Assembly: GCA_963774955.1 (NCBI GenBank)
Contig: CAVZGV010000004.1
Location: 383,779 to 447,778 of the forward strand
From: Candidatus Falkowbacteria bacterium
GTDB lineage: Bacteria; Patescibacteriota; Patescibacteriia; CAIXNZ01
Direction: 5' to 3'
DNA length: 64,000 bases
The notes under the pieces were generated by a model that ran no database searches, was not told the DNA's origin, and saw only the letters and a program-made list of their open reading frames with translations. The position numbers and the translations under genes are program-made. This document shows, one piece after another, positions 9,998 through 18,609 of the stretch (positions are counted from its first letter, which is position 1; each line of letters starts with the position of its first letter).

Positions 9998-10201
9998 ATG
10001 CTGGAAGGATCGCCGATCAAGAGGAATTTGTGTAATGAGTGCAAACGACCCAATCCCGTAGGACAAACGAAATGTACACATTGTGGCGGTGTTTGTGACC
10101 CCAAAATAGTTGGTTACTTTAAGGGGGATGAAGAGGAAACCCCTGATTTCAATGACGTCGTAACCCATTCCGATGGAACTAAAAGAATTATCGGGTTATG
10201 A
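9998..10201 (+). CDS. Small zinc-ribbon protein, paralogue of 9701..9964
   Basis: Consensus SD (aaaggaggggaaaaATG). Motif CNECKRPNPVGQTKCTHCGG with the same Cys spacing. Confidence 0.5.
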   Translation: MLEGSPIKRNLCNECKRPNPVGQTKCTHCGGVCDPKIVGYFKGDEEETPDFNDVVTHSDGTKRIIGL

Positions 10202-10323
10202 GGTTTAAGCCCTGGACCAGTAATGGTTCAGGGTTTTAAAATTTTTGCTAAAATTAGGAAAATAATTACAAATTAGGTAAAATTTACTTGACAAATTCAT
10301 TTTCATGTTTTAAGCTGAATTAT

Positions 10324-10449
10324 ATGAATTTATTAGACAAAAGCATAATTGAAGAAAATTCCGAGCTATGGCTAGCCAATATAATGGTTTTATTAGTCGT
10401 AGTCGTCTTGGGCACTGTCACAGTGGCTAGAGTTTTAAATATGTTCTAA
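10324..10449 (+). CDS. Small peptide (41 aa, MNLLDKSIIEENSELWLANIMVLLVVVVLGTVTVARVLNMF) with C-terminal TM helix
   Basis: Preceded by TTGACA at 10288-10293 and followed by a terminator. No SD, so likely leaderless. Confidence 0.3.
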   Translation: MNLLDKSIIEENSELWLANIMVLLVVVVLGTVTVARVLNMF

Positions 10450-10465
10450 ACTTACTGATATATTT

Positions 10466-10499
10466 AAAAAAGGCCACTGCTAAAACAGTGGTCTTTTTG
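10466..10499 (+). terminator. Rho-independent terminator
   Basis: aaaaaggccactg-ctaaaa-cagtggtcttttt. Confidence 0.55.
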
Positions 10500-10524
10500 A
10501 TTATAGTTTAGAGTTCTTTAAAAT

Positions 10525-10599
10525 GGGGGCGTAGCTCAGTGAAAGAGCAGCGGGCAAACATCCCGCAGGTCGTGGGTTCAATTCCCACCGCCCCTACCA
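10525..10599 (+). tRNA. tRNA gene, isotype undetermined (anticodon loop reads CAAACAT, formally anticodon AAC with A33)
   Basis: By-eye cloverleaf: acceptor GGGGGCG/CGCCCCU, D-arm GCUC-AGUGAAA-GAGC, anticodon stem GCGGG/CCCGC, T-arm GUGGG-UUCAAUU-CCCAC, encoded ACCA. The D-loop lacks G18G19 and position 33 is A, both non-canonical. Confidence 0.55.
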
Positions 10600-10626
10600 T
10601 TTTCCGAAGACAGGTTTTCATATCTT

Positions 10627-10685
10627 GTGGGTGCGAATCCGTCTCCGGCGGGCAATTGCGAGGTTCGAACCCTCGTACGCCCACT
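10627..10685 (+). other. tRNA-like fragment: 7-bp acceptor-like pairing (GUGGGUG/CGCCCAC) plus perfect T-arm (CGAGG-UUCGAAC-CCUCG), but no D or anticodon arms
   Basis: Only ~58 nt with a 25-nt middle segment. Could be a degenerate or pseudo-tRNA or a tRNA-like structural RNA. Confidence 0.25.
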
Positions 10686-10703
10686 TAACATGTTTTTTAG
10701 TGT

Positions 10704-10777
10704 CAGGGGATAGCTTAAGTAAAGCGCCAAAACTACCCTTTTGGAGACTGTTGGTTCAAATCCAGCTCCCCTGACCA
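10704..10777 (+). tRNA. tRNA gene, isotype undetermined (anticodon arm cannot form a 5-bp stem with a 7-nt loop)
   Basis: Acceptor CAGGGGA/UCCCCUG, U8A9, T-arm GUUGG-UUCAAAU-CCAGC, encoded ACCA. The anticodon region CCAAA-ACUACCCU-UUUGG gives an 8-nt loop (or a 6-bp stem with a 6-nt loop). The D-loop lacks GG. Confidence 0.5.
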
Positions 10778-10805
10778 ATTTATAACCTTAAAAGGAGGGT
10801 TACAC

Positions 10806-11078
10806 ATGCCAGCGGAAAAGGGACCAGATCATGTAAGCGTAGCGGAGTTTTTTGCCCTGGAAAGTTTTGGAGACAGGCTGGCTGACCAACTTGACCGGCT
10901 AAATACTCGGCATAGCAATTATTGCCAGGAAACAGTCGCGCTCAAGCAGTCATTGGCTAATGGCGGTCGACGCCAAGAATTGAGGCAAGCACGGTTGCAT
11001 GATTTAGAAACGCGACTTTTACCCCAGTTACAGGCACGCCTGCATTCATTGCAGGATCAAAAAATCGGGCTTTATTAA
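10806..11078 (+). CDS. Hypothetical small protein (90 aa), GC-richer, coiled-coil-like
   Basis: Consensus SD (aaaaggagggttacacATG). Local GC is about 50% against a ~34% background. Followed by a terminator. Confidence 0.5.
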   Translation: MPAEKGPDHVSVAEFFALESFGDRLADQLDRLNTRHSNYCQETVALKQSLANGGRRQELRQARLHDLETRLLPQLQARLHSLQDQKIGLY

Positions 11079-11087
11079 GGCCCAGAG

Positions 11088-11114
11088 AAAGCTCCCTTCA
11101 CCGGGAGCTTTTTA
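11088..11114 (+). terminator. Rho-independent terminator
   Basis: aaagctccc-ttcacc-gggagcttttt. Confidence 0.55.
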
Positions 11115-11411
11115 AATTAATTTGTGCTATAATATAAGTGACCAGGCAATTAGCTTATGTTCTAGGACAATCTTATTTAATGGGAGGCTCATATTTTATA
11201 GCGCCGTGGCGTTATAATGCGGCCACCCACTTGATTCGCAGCTGGAAACATCAAGCTTATTGCCTGTTCATAAAAATCAGCCCTTTGTTTGTAAAGGACT
11301 GATTTTTTATTTGAAGACAAATATCCCCAGATTTGGGCTTAAATTATAGTCTAAAGGCTGAAATTATGCTAAAATAAAGAGAGGATACTTAAGTATTTTT
11401 CTGAAATTTTT

Positions 11412-13085
11412 ATGTTGAGCAGTAAAAAATTAAAAGATATATTAATCAAGCCTGGTTATGTCAAAGAGGCTGATTTTGAAGTGGCTGCTGCTGACGCCAA
11501 AGCCAAAAAAATTAGTCTAGAACAATCATTGGTTGAAAACAATTTACTTAAGGATGAATACTTGGGCCAATTGATTGCGGATAGCCTTAAGTACCGTTTA
11601 GTAAATTTAACAAAAAAAGCAATTGTCCCCGAAGTTTTAAGATTGATTCCAGAGTTAGTAGCTAAAAAACAGCTCATCGTTGCTTTTGCCAAAGATAATG
11701 AAGGGTTACATTTGGCCATGAATGAACCGGATAATTTACAGTTACAACATTTTATTGCCAAAAACACCGGAGAAAAAATTATTACTTATTATGCAACTCC
11801 CAAGGATATACTGAAAGCAATTAGCCTGTATCATAAGGAATTAAAACAAGAATTTTCTGAAATTGTTTTAAAAAATTTAAGTGAGATTAAGGCGGATAAT
11901 AAAGAACAATTGCCGATTATTAAAATAGTAGAGTCATTAATTCAGTATGCTTATGAAAATCGAGCTTCTGATATTCATATTGAGCCTCATGATGAGGATA
12001 CACTGATTCGTTTCCGCATCGACGGCGTCTTACATGATGTTTTGGCCATACCCAAAAATTACCATGATTTGATAGTCTCCCGAGTTAAAATTATGTCTAA
12101 TTTAAGGACTGATGAGCATAAAAGCAGCCAGGACGGTAAAATCCGATTTAATCTGGCTGAAGAAAAATTAGATATACGCGTATCAATTTTACCGATTGTT
12201 GAGGGCGAGAAAATTGTGATGAGACTTTTAGCAAAAAAATTGCGTCAGTTGAATCTGGATAATTCTGGTTTAAATCCCAAGGATGTAAAAAAGGTCAAAA
12301 AAGCCATCAAAAGTCCCTGGGGCATGATATTGGCCACCGGTCCGACGGGCAGCGGCAAGACAACAACCTTATATTCAATATTAAAACTGTTAAATTCTCG
12401 AGATATTAATATTTCCACCATTGAAGATCCGGTAGAATATGATGTTGACGGTATTAATCAAATCCAGGTCGATGTGGAAACTAATTTAACTTTTGCCAAG
12501 GGGTTGCGTGCGATTTTGCGCCAAGATCCGGATGTGATCATGGTTGGTGAAATTCGTGATGAAGAAACCGCTAAAATAGCCATAAATTCAGCGATGACCG
12601 GCCATTTAGTTTTATCTACTTTGCATACCAATGATTCAGCTACCGCCTTGCCACGTCTTTTAGATATGAAGGTCAAACCATATTTGATTGCCTCTACAGT
12701 TTTAATGGTAATTGCCCAGCGTTTGGTCAGAAAAATTTGTCCGAATTGCATTGCAAGTTATAACCTGTCAGCTGAAGAATTTGGTAAGTTATTGCCCAAA
12801 GGCATGGCAGCAAAATTTATTGACGGCAAAAAGAATGTTACCCTTTATAAAGGTGAAGGCTGCAAGTTGTGTCATAAAACCGGGTATACTGAACGTCTGG
12901 GAATCTTTGAGGTTTTAGAAGTAAGCCAAACTATTCGCGATTTAATTGTGGCCAAAGCAACTAGCCAGGACATAAAAAAACAGGCAATTTCCGAGGGTAT
13001 GACAACGATGCTGGAAGACGGGATGGAAAAGGTTTTTATGGGCCAGACTACTTTGGAGGAGATTTTAAGAGCAACTAAGGAATAA
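11412..13085 (+). CDS. pilB: Type IV pilus assembly ATPase PilB (GspE family)
   Basis: Walker A GPTGSGKTTT, Asp box and His box, plus a C-terminal CxxC...CxxC tetracysteine. 557 aa. Confidence 0.9.
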   Translation: MLSSKKLKDILIKPGYVKEADFEVAAADAKAKKISLEQSLVENNLLKDEYLGQLIADSLKYRLVNLTKKAIVPEVLRLIPELVAKKQLIVAFAKDNEGLHLAMNEPDNLQLQHFIAKNTGEKIITYYATPKDILKAISLYHKELKQEFSEIVLKNLSEIKADNKEQLPIIKIVESLIQYAYENRASDIHIEPHDEDTLIRFRIDGVLHDVLAIPKNYHDLIVSRVKIMSNLRTDEHKSSQDGKIRFNLAEEKLDIRVSILPIVEGEKIVMRLLAKKLRQLNLDNSGLNPKDVKKVKKAIKSPWGMILATGPTGSGKTTTLYSILKLLNSRDINISTIEDPVEYDVDGINQIQVDVETNLTFAKGLRAILRQDPDVIMVGEIRDEETAKIAINSAMTGHLVLSTLHTNDSATALPRLLDMKVKPYLIASTVLMVIAQRLVRKICPNCIASYNLSAEEFGKLLPKGMAAKFIDGKKNVTLYKGEGCKLCHKTGYTERLGIFEVLEVSQTIRDLIVAKATSQDIKKQAISEGMTTMLEDGMEKVFMGQTTLEEILRATKE

Positions 13086-13163
13086 AATTGGTAAAATGAC
13101 AAATAACAAAATTTAAAAATCAAAAAAATATCAAATATCAAAATTTAAATAACAAATAGGAAC

Positions 13164-14285
13164 ATGGGTAAAATTTTAAGCGCCTTGAGTGAAAAAAGGC
13201 GCTGGGAATTTAAAAATTGGAATTGGCATATCAATTTTGGCTTCAATGTTGAGAAAATTTTATTTGCCAAAACTTTGGCAACTTTATTACGTTCTAAAAT
13301 CAATATTGCTGACTCCTTGGTTATCTTGGAAGCGCAATTTTCCGGGAGTTTTAAACAAGCAGTCGGTGCTGTAAGGAAAGATGTGGAAAACGGTCAGACG
13401 TTATCCAGCGCTTTGGCCAAACATCCAAAATATTTTAATAAAATTTATGTTGGCCTGGTTAATGTCGGTGAAAAAAGCGGTCGTTTAGTCGAGTGTTTGC
13501 AAAGAGTTGCGAAACAGCAGGAAAAAGATTTGCAATTATCACGCAGTATCCAGGCAGCGTCTTTATACCCGGCCATTATTTTTATCTGTTTAGCTGGTTT
13601 GGCAGCCTTATTAAGTTATTATATCTTGCCTCAGTTGATTATTGTTTTTACCTCTTTTAATATGCCATTGCCATGGACGACTCTGGCCTTGTTATGGTTA
13701 GCTGAATTTATCAGGCAATATGGCCCATTACTTCTGATTTTAATAATTGCGGGTATTTTACTTTTTCGCTTTTTGGTTAACCAAGAAAAAATTAGGCCTC
13801 ATTGGCAGGGTTTTTTAATCAGCCTGCCGTTTTTGGGAGAACTTTTGAAAAAATGGAATCTGGCGCGCTTTTGCCGGATTTTAGGCACATTATTGGAAAG
13901 CGGTGTTTCTATTCACGAAGCATTAGATACTGCAATTGAAAGTTTGAGTAATGAAGTCTACAGAAATTTATTGAAAAAAGTTAAGGCCAAAGTATTGGGT
14001 GGCTTGTCTTTGGGTGAGGCTATTGAAACTTTATATAAAATTGATATTTTCCCGCGGTTTGTTTTTCAGTTAATTAGTGTCGGTGAACGAACCGGTACGC
14101 TGGAAGAAAACTTAATTTATCTGGCTGAATTTTACGAGGATGAAGTGGAAAATATCAGTAAAAACATGGCCAGCATTATTGAACCGGTTTTATTAATTGT
14201 TATCGGTATTATAGTGGCCGTGATTGGTTCCGCGATTATTTCGCCGATTTATGAGTTTATCGCTACCCTGAGCGAAAGCCTCTAA
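13164..14285 (+). CDS. pilC: Type IV pilus inner-membrane platform protein PilC (GspF family)
   Basis: Two GspF-like repeats, three TM segments and conserved ..GE.SG.L. motifs. Confidence 0.85.
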   Translation: MGKILSALSEKRRWEFKNWNWHINFGFNVEKILFAKTLATLLRSKINIADSLVILEAQFSGSFKQAVGAVRKDVENGQTLSSALAKHPKYFNKIYVGLVNVGEKSGRLVECLQRVAKQQEKDLQLSRSIQAASLYPAIIFICLAGLAALLSYYILPQLIIVFTSFNMPLPWTTLALLWLAEFIRQYGPLLLILIIAGILLFRFLVNQEKIRPHWQGFLISLPFLGELLKKWNLARFCRILGTLLESGVSIHEALDTAIESLSNEVYRNLLKKVKAKVLGGLSLGEAIETLYKIDIFPRFVFQLISVGERTGTLEENLIYLAEFYEDEVENISKNMASIIEPVLLIVIGIIVAVIGSAIISPIYEFIATLSESL

Positions 14286-14380
14286 AAAAGTCTAAAGGCT
14301 AATTTATAAAGTCTGAGTTAATAAATAAAAAACTTCCATAATTTAGACTTTAGCCTTTATACTTTAGACCTATTATTTTT

Positions 14381-14809
14381 ATGAACAAAGGTTTTACTTT
14401 AATTGAGTTGATAATTGTTATTTGCATTTTTTTATTGTTAGGCGCAATTTTTTGGCCGATAGGCGCTAATTTTTTCAGCCAAGAATTGGCCAGTAAAGGT
14501 CAGCAACAAATTATCTGGATTTTAAAACAAGCTCGGGCCAATGCCATAAATCAAAAAAATAATTCTGCTTTTGGTGTCTATCTGGAAAAAGGCCAGGCCA
14601 CTTTATTTCAGGGAGATAATTACACCGATAGAATCACAAGCGAGGATATAATTTACACTCTGCCAAAGATTGTAACTATTGTTGATTTAAACGAAATTGT
14701 TTTTGAGCCCAATACCGGTCAAGTTTCTACTCCGGGGACAATTAAACTTAATAGTCCGTCCTTAAGCAGAGAAATTGTGATCAACCAGCTGGGAGTTATT
14801 GATTATTAA
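14381..14809 (+). CDS. Prepilin-type N-terminal cleavage/methylation domain protein (pseudopilin)
   Basis: MNKG|FTLIELIIVICIFLLLG leader plus hydrophobic helix. Confidence 0.75.
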   Translation: MNKGFTLIELIIVICIFLLLGAIFWPIGANFFSQELASKGQQQIIWILKQARANAINQKNNSAFGVYLEKGQATLFQGDNYTDRITSEDIIYTLPKIVTIVDLNEIVFEPNTGQVSTPGTIKLNSPSLSREIVINQLGVIDY

Positions 14810-14816
14810 ATTTAAT

Positions 14817-17657
14817 ATGAATTATCGAAATAAACAAAAGGGTTTTTCTCTGATCGAGATTTTAATCGGGCTTGGTATTTTCGCTGTTATTTTTATTGGA
14901 GTCAGCTACCTGATGATTGATAATTTGCAGGCCAGTTTTGATAATCAGGAAAAAATAAAGGCTGATTTTTTAGTAGCTGAAGGTTTAGAGGCTGTTAAAG
15001 CTATTGCCGGTAATGATTGGGATCAAATCAAGCCAGGAATTTACGGTTTACAATTGAATAATAATCAATGGCAACTGGTAACTGAACCAGAGCAAGTAGT
15101 CCAAATGGCTAAAAAAGGTGAACGGGTTATTACCATCTCCGATGTTTCAGATAATAATATTAAAAAAATTGAAAGCGTTGTTGTTTGGCAGAGTATGACT
15201 GATAAAATAAAATCAAGCAGCGCTGTCACTTTATTAACTAATTGGCGGGGATATGTTTCAATTTGTGCTGACGGTCTTGATAATGATGGTGACGGCTTTG
15301 CTGATTTTCCTGAAGATCCCGGTTGCAGTACTGCTACTGATGAGGACGAATATAATTCTCCGTCAAGTGAGGATTCATTTCAATGTTCTGATGGTGATGA
15401 TAATGATGGTGACGGTAATATAGATTACCCCAATGATCCCGGTTGCAATTCAGCATTTGATAATGACGAGACAGATCCTTTAAATCCGCCTCAATGTTCA
15501 GATAATATAGATAATGACGGTGATGGTACTGTTGATTATCCTGATGATGCGGGTTGCGATTCAGCAGTTGATAATGACGAGACAGATCCTTTAAATCCGC
15601 CTCAATGTTCAGATAATATAGATAATGACGGCGATGGTTTCATTGATTATCCTAAGGATCCTAATTGCGATTCAGCCAGCGATGACGATGAAAGCCAATT
15701 GCCGGATTTGCCGGTTTGTTCCGACGGCCAAGATAATGACGCTGACGGTTTGGTTGATTATCCGGATGATCCAGGTTGCAGTTCTGCAAATGATGATAAT
15801 GAAGTTGACCCCAATAACCCCTCAGATTTACCAGGCTGTTCTGACGGCCAAGATAATGACGCTGATGGCTTCATTGATTATCCTGATGATCCCGGTTGTA
15901 GTTCTGCTGATGATGATAGTGAAGTTGACCCCAATAATCCCTCAGATTTACCAGTCTGTTCCGACGGTTTAGATAATGACGCTGATGGTTTGATTGATTA
16001 CCCGGCTGATCTCGGTTGCGATTCAGCTGATGATAATAATGAAATTAACGCCGAAGTAATGCCTGGCTGTGGTAATGGTATAGTTGAAGAAGATGAAGAA
16101 TGCGATGATGGTAATACCCAAAACAATGATGGCTGTTCCAACCAGTGTGAAACTGAAGCTGCTCCCGGCACAATTTGCGGTAATGGTGTAGTTGAAAATT
16201 CAGAAGAATGTGACAATCAGGCCTTACCTAATGGTTGTAATAAAAAATATGAATCATGTCAGAATAATTGTAAATGCAAAGTGCCAATATGCCACGCGAC
16301 AGCTTCTGAAAAAAATCCTTATGAAATGATTTGGGTAAGCTACAATGCTGTTGATGGTGAGGGTAATAATGATCATTCTCATCACCCCGAAGATATTATC
16401 CCTATTTGGGATATTAATAAAGATGGCAGTCTTGATGATGACGATTGTTTAACCGCCGCCGCCGAAAATTGCATAGGCTTGAATCAGGAGCAAAATTGCC
16501 AAGCAGTTACCCCAGATGTAGTTTTTGACAATGAAGATACCCCGTTATGTCAACTTGAAGAAAGCTCAATTATGGTTACAGGCAAGGTGGTTTTACCGGC
16601 TGGTACAACAGCAAAGTTACAGCTGTCTTATTATATTGTTTGGCCAGAAGATAAAAGGACTGAAATTACTTACGTTAATAAAGGTTTAGTAAATGATGGT
16701 GATACTTTTTCCTTGACAACTCCTTGGCCCGGTGTCAGGCCAGCTGAGATAAAAGTTGAAACTCATATTGGGGCCATGCTTTTAGACCTAATTACAGGCA
16801 ATCCTTTGATGGCCAATGGTTCCAGCTTGGATTATTACTGGTATCCTTGGGTTTGTCCGGCACCGCAAACTGAATGTTCGGATGCGATTGATAATGATGG
16901 TGACGGCAAAATTGATTACCCAGCTGATTCCGGGTGTTATGGAGATGATGATGACGGCGAATTCGGCAGTTGCACTGACAGCGATCATGACGGGTATAAT
17001 ACACCGGGATCAGGCTGCATCCCGACAGTGACCGTGCAAAACAATGGCAATATCAAGGCGCCTAAAGGCACAATGAATTTTAAAGTGATCACTTCTCAAA
17101 TTACTAATGGCGCTGGCGGATCGGAAATTTTTGTCAAAACAGCTTTGAAGATAAACAGCAATTTGACTTGGCTATTTGCGGGACAAGATGTTGATGGCGG
17201 AGAAGAATATAATACTATAATTGCTGATAATACCAATATTGCAGTCAGAGGTCAGGCTTGGTATCAAAATTCTTTTAATAGCCAGTATGATTCTGATACC
17301 AATACCAACTATGTTAAAGTTTTAACTAAAGGCAGTAGTTTGCCCAATGTGCCGCGTTTTGGTTCGCAGCAGCCGTTATCAGAAGTCTTAGCGGCGTTTG
17401 TTGATGCCGACCGTAAAATAGATATTGATGTCAATCAGGTTTTAATAATCTGGGAATTAGGTGTGACAGATTTACGATCTGAAGCCGCTGATTTCCAGGA
17501 TTTAGTGGTATTACTGACTTTTGGTCCGGAAACGTTGCCTTACTGTACCTGCGGACCTTTTGACTGTGATGATACTAACGCTAATATTAATCCAGGTCAG
17601 CCGGAAATTCTAGGCAATAACGTCGATGATAATTGCAACTTTTTTGCCGACGAATAA
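14817..17657 (+). CDS. Pilin-domain fusion protein: prepilin N-terminus + ~9 MopE/TSP3-like metal-binding repeats + Myxococcus-type cysteine-rich repeats; candidate pilus-tip adhesin
   Basis: Leader MNYRNKQKG|FSLIEILIGLGIF. Repeated C(S)DGxDNDGDGxxDYPxDPGC units. CGNGIVEEDEECDDGNTQNNDGCSNQCE motif appears twice. The ATG at 14817 is chosen over the TTG at 14799 used by the ORF track because it gives a canonical prepilin leader. Confidence 0.75.
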   Translation: MNYRNKQKGFSLIEILIGLGIFAVIFIGVSYLMIDNLQASFDNQEKIKADFLVAEGLEAVKAIAGNDWDQIKPGIYGLQLNNNQWQLVTEPEQVVQMAKKGERVITISDVSDNNIKKIESVVVWQSMTDKIKSSSAVTLLTNWRGYVSICADGLDNDGDGFADFPEDPGCSTATDEDEYNSPSSEDSFQCSDGDDNDGDGNIDYPNDPGCNSAFDNDETDPLNPPQCSDNIDNDGDGTVDYPDDAGCDSAVDNDETDPLNPPQCSDNIDNDGDGFIDYPKDPNCDSASDDDESQLPDLPVCSDGQDNDADGLVDYPDDPGCSSANDDNEVDPNNPSDLPGCSDGQDNDADGFIDYPDDPGCSSADDDSEVDPNNPSDLPVCSDGLDNDADGLIDYPADLGCDSADDNNEINAEVMPGCGNGIVEEDEECDDGNTQNNDGCSNQCETEAAPGTICGNGVVENSEECDNQALPNGCNKKYESCQNNCKCKVPICHATASEKNPYEMIWVSYNAVDGEGNNDHSHHPEDIIPIWDINKDGSLDDDDCLTAAAENCIGLNQEQNCQAVTPDVVFDNEDTPLCQLEESSIMVTGKVVLPAGTTAKLQLSYYIVWPEDKRTEITYVNKGLVNDGDTFSLTTPWPGVRPAEIKVETHIGAMLLDLITGNPLMANGSSLDYYWYPWVCPAPQTECSDAIDNDGDGKIDYPADSGCYGDDDDGEFGSCTDSDHDGYNTPGSGCIPTVTVQNNGNIKAPKGTMNFKVITSQITNGAGGSEIFVKTALKINSNLTWLFAGQDVDGGEEYNTIIADNTNIAVRGQAWYQNSFNSQYDSDTNTNYVKVLTKGSSLPNVPRFGSQQPLSEVLAAFVDADRKIDIDVNQVLIIWELGVTDLRSEAADFQDLVVLLTFGPETLPYCTCGPFDCDDTNANINPGQPEILGNNVDDNCNFFADE
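15270..16050 (+). repeat. Tandem ~120-126-bp coding repeats (DNDGDG...DYP.DPGC units) inside the pilin-fusion gene
   Basis: Near-identical stretches recur, e.g. 'ccgcctcaatgttcagataatatagataatgacgg' at ~15486 and ~15597. Confidence 0.7.
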
Positions 17658-17669
17658 AAATAAATCTTT

Positions 17670-18170
17670 ATGAGTAAAATAAACAATCAGGGTTTTACTT
17701 TAATTGAAACCGTAATTTATATTGCTTTACTGGCTATAATTATTATTTTCCTTGTTTCTTTCTTTTCGCAGGCCACATTTATTAAAGGTAAAATTAATGA
17801 ACGACTGGATAATCTGGATAATGCACAATATGCGCTGGATCGCATGACGTGGTATTTGCAAAATAGTCTTGAAATTACCGAGCCTTTGGCAGGCCAAACC
17901 TCAGAAACCCTGGTAATGAATTCGCTGGTTTCTCAAAAAAATCCTGTAAAATTTTATATTGAAGATAAAAAATTAAAAATGCAAATAGGCGATGAGGCCC
18001 CGCTTAATTTGACCAATAATCGGTTGGACATTAAGGAAATATCATTTTCCAGTCAGGGTTTTGTAAATCAACCCGCCTTGATTCAGATTAGACTGACGGT
18101 TCAGGGTAATCACAGTCTGTGGCAAACCCAGCCATTGACTCTGCAAACCTCGGTAAAATTAGAAAAATAA
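17670..18170 (+). CDS. Prepilin-type N-terminal domain protein (pseudopilin)
   Basis: MSKINNQG|FTLIETVIYIALLAIIIIFLV. Confidence 0.75.
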   Translation: MSKINNQGFTLIETVIYIALLAIIIIFLVSFFSQATFIKGKINERLDNLDNAQYALDRMTWYLQNSLEITEPLAGQTSETLVMNSLVSQKNPVKFYIEDKKLKMQIGDEAPLNLTNNRLDIKEISFSSQGFVNQPALIQIRLTVQGNHSLWQTQPLTLQTSVKLEK

Positions 18171-18183
18171 TCAAATTATTAAT

Positions 18184-18585
18184 ATGAAATTAAGAAAGAT
18201 CCCAAACGGTTATATTGCCCTGATGACATTGATAATGATTGGCGCGATCGTTTTGATTGCCGTAATTGCCCTGACATTTATGGCTGTCAGTCAGAGTAAT
18301 TTTATCATTAGTCATAATAAGACGGTAAAAAATTATTATGCCGCCAATGCTTGCGCTAATTATGCAATTTTAAAACTTCAAAAAAGCGAGGAATATTCCG
18401 GTAACGAAACAGTGGATATTGATAATATTAAATGTAAGATCGAGGCAGTCAGTCCGGCAGGTGAGCTTGGAAGAGTGTTTATTGTCAGCAGTCAGGAGGG
18501 TAATCAATTAAAAAAAATAAAAGTGGAACTTGATCAGGTTAAACCCGTAACCATAATTAAATCCTGGGCTGAGATTTTCGAATAA
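18184..18585 (+). CDS. PilX-like minor pilin / pilus assembly protein with N-terminal TM
   Basis: Hydrophobic N-terminus (GYIALMTLIMIGAIVLIAVIALTF) similar to the PilX N-terminal domain. Sits inside the pilus operon. Confidence 0.45.
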   Translation: MKLRKIPNGYIALMTLIMIGAIVLIAVIALTFMAVSQSNFIISHNKTVKNYYAANACANYAILKLQKSEEYSGNETVDIDNIKCKIEAVSPAGELGRVFIVSSQEGNQLKKIKVELDQVKPVTIIKSWAEIFE

Positions 18586-18609
18586 ATTATAAATTTTTAA
18601 CTATTTTGT

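Noticed and set aside
10578-10778. 66-aa minus-strand ORF (MVRGAGFEPT...)
   Set aside because: It is a translation of tRNA/tRNA-like sequence (GFEPT comes from the T-arm GGTTCGAA). It overlaps two tRNA-like genes.
14799-14816. TTG start at 14799 for the pilin-fusion gene (ORF-track start)
   Set aside because: The ATG at 14817 yields a canonical short prepilin leader (MNYRNKQKG|F), and the upstream codons overlap the previous gene's last codons.
15625-15972. 115-aa ORF in an alternative frame within the pilin-fusion gene
   Set aside because: It is a frame artefact of the GAT/GAC-rich tandem repeats. The main frame gives coherent repeat protein.
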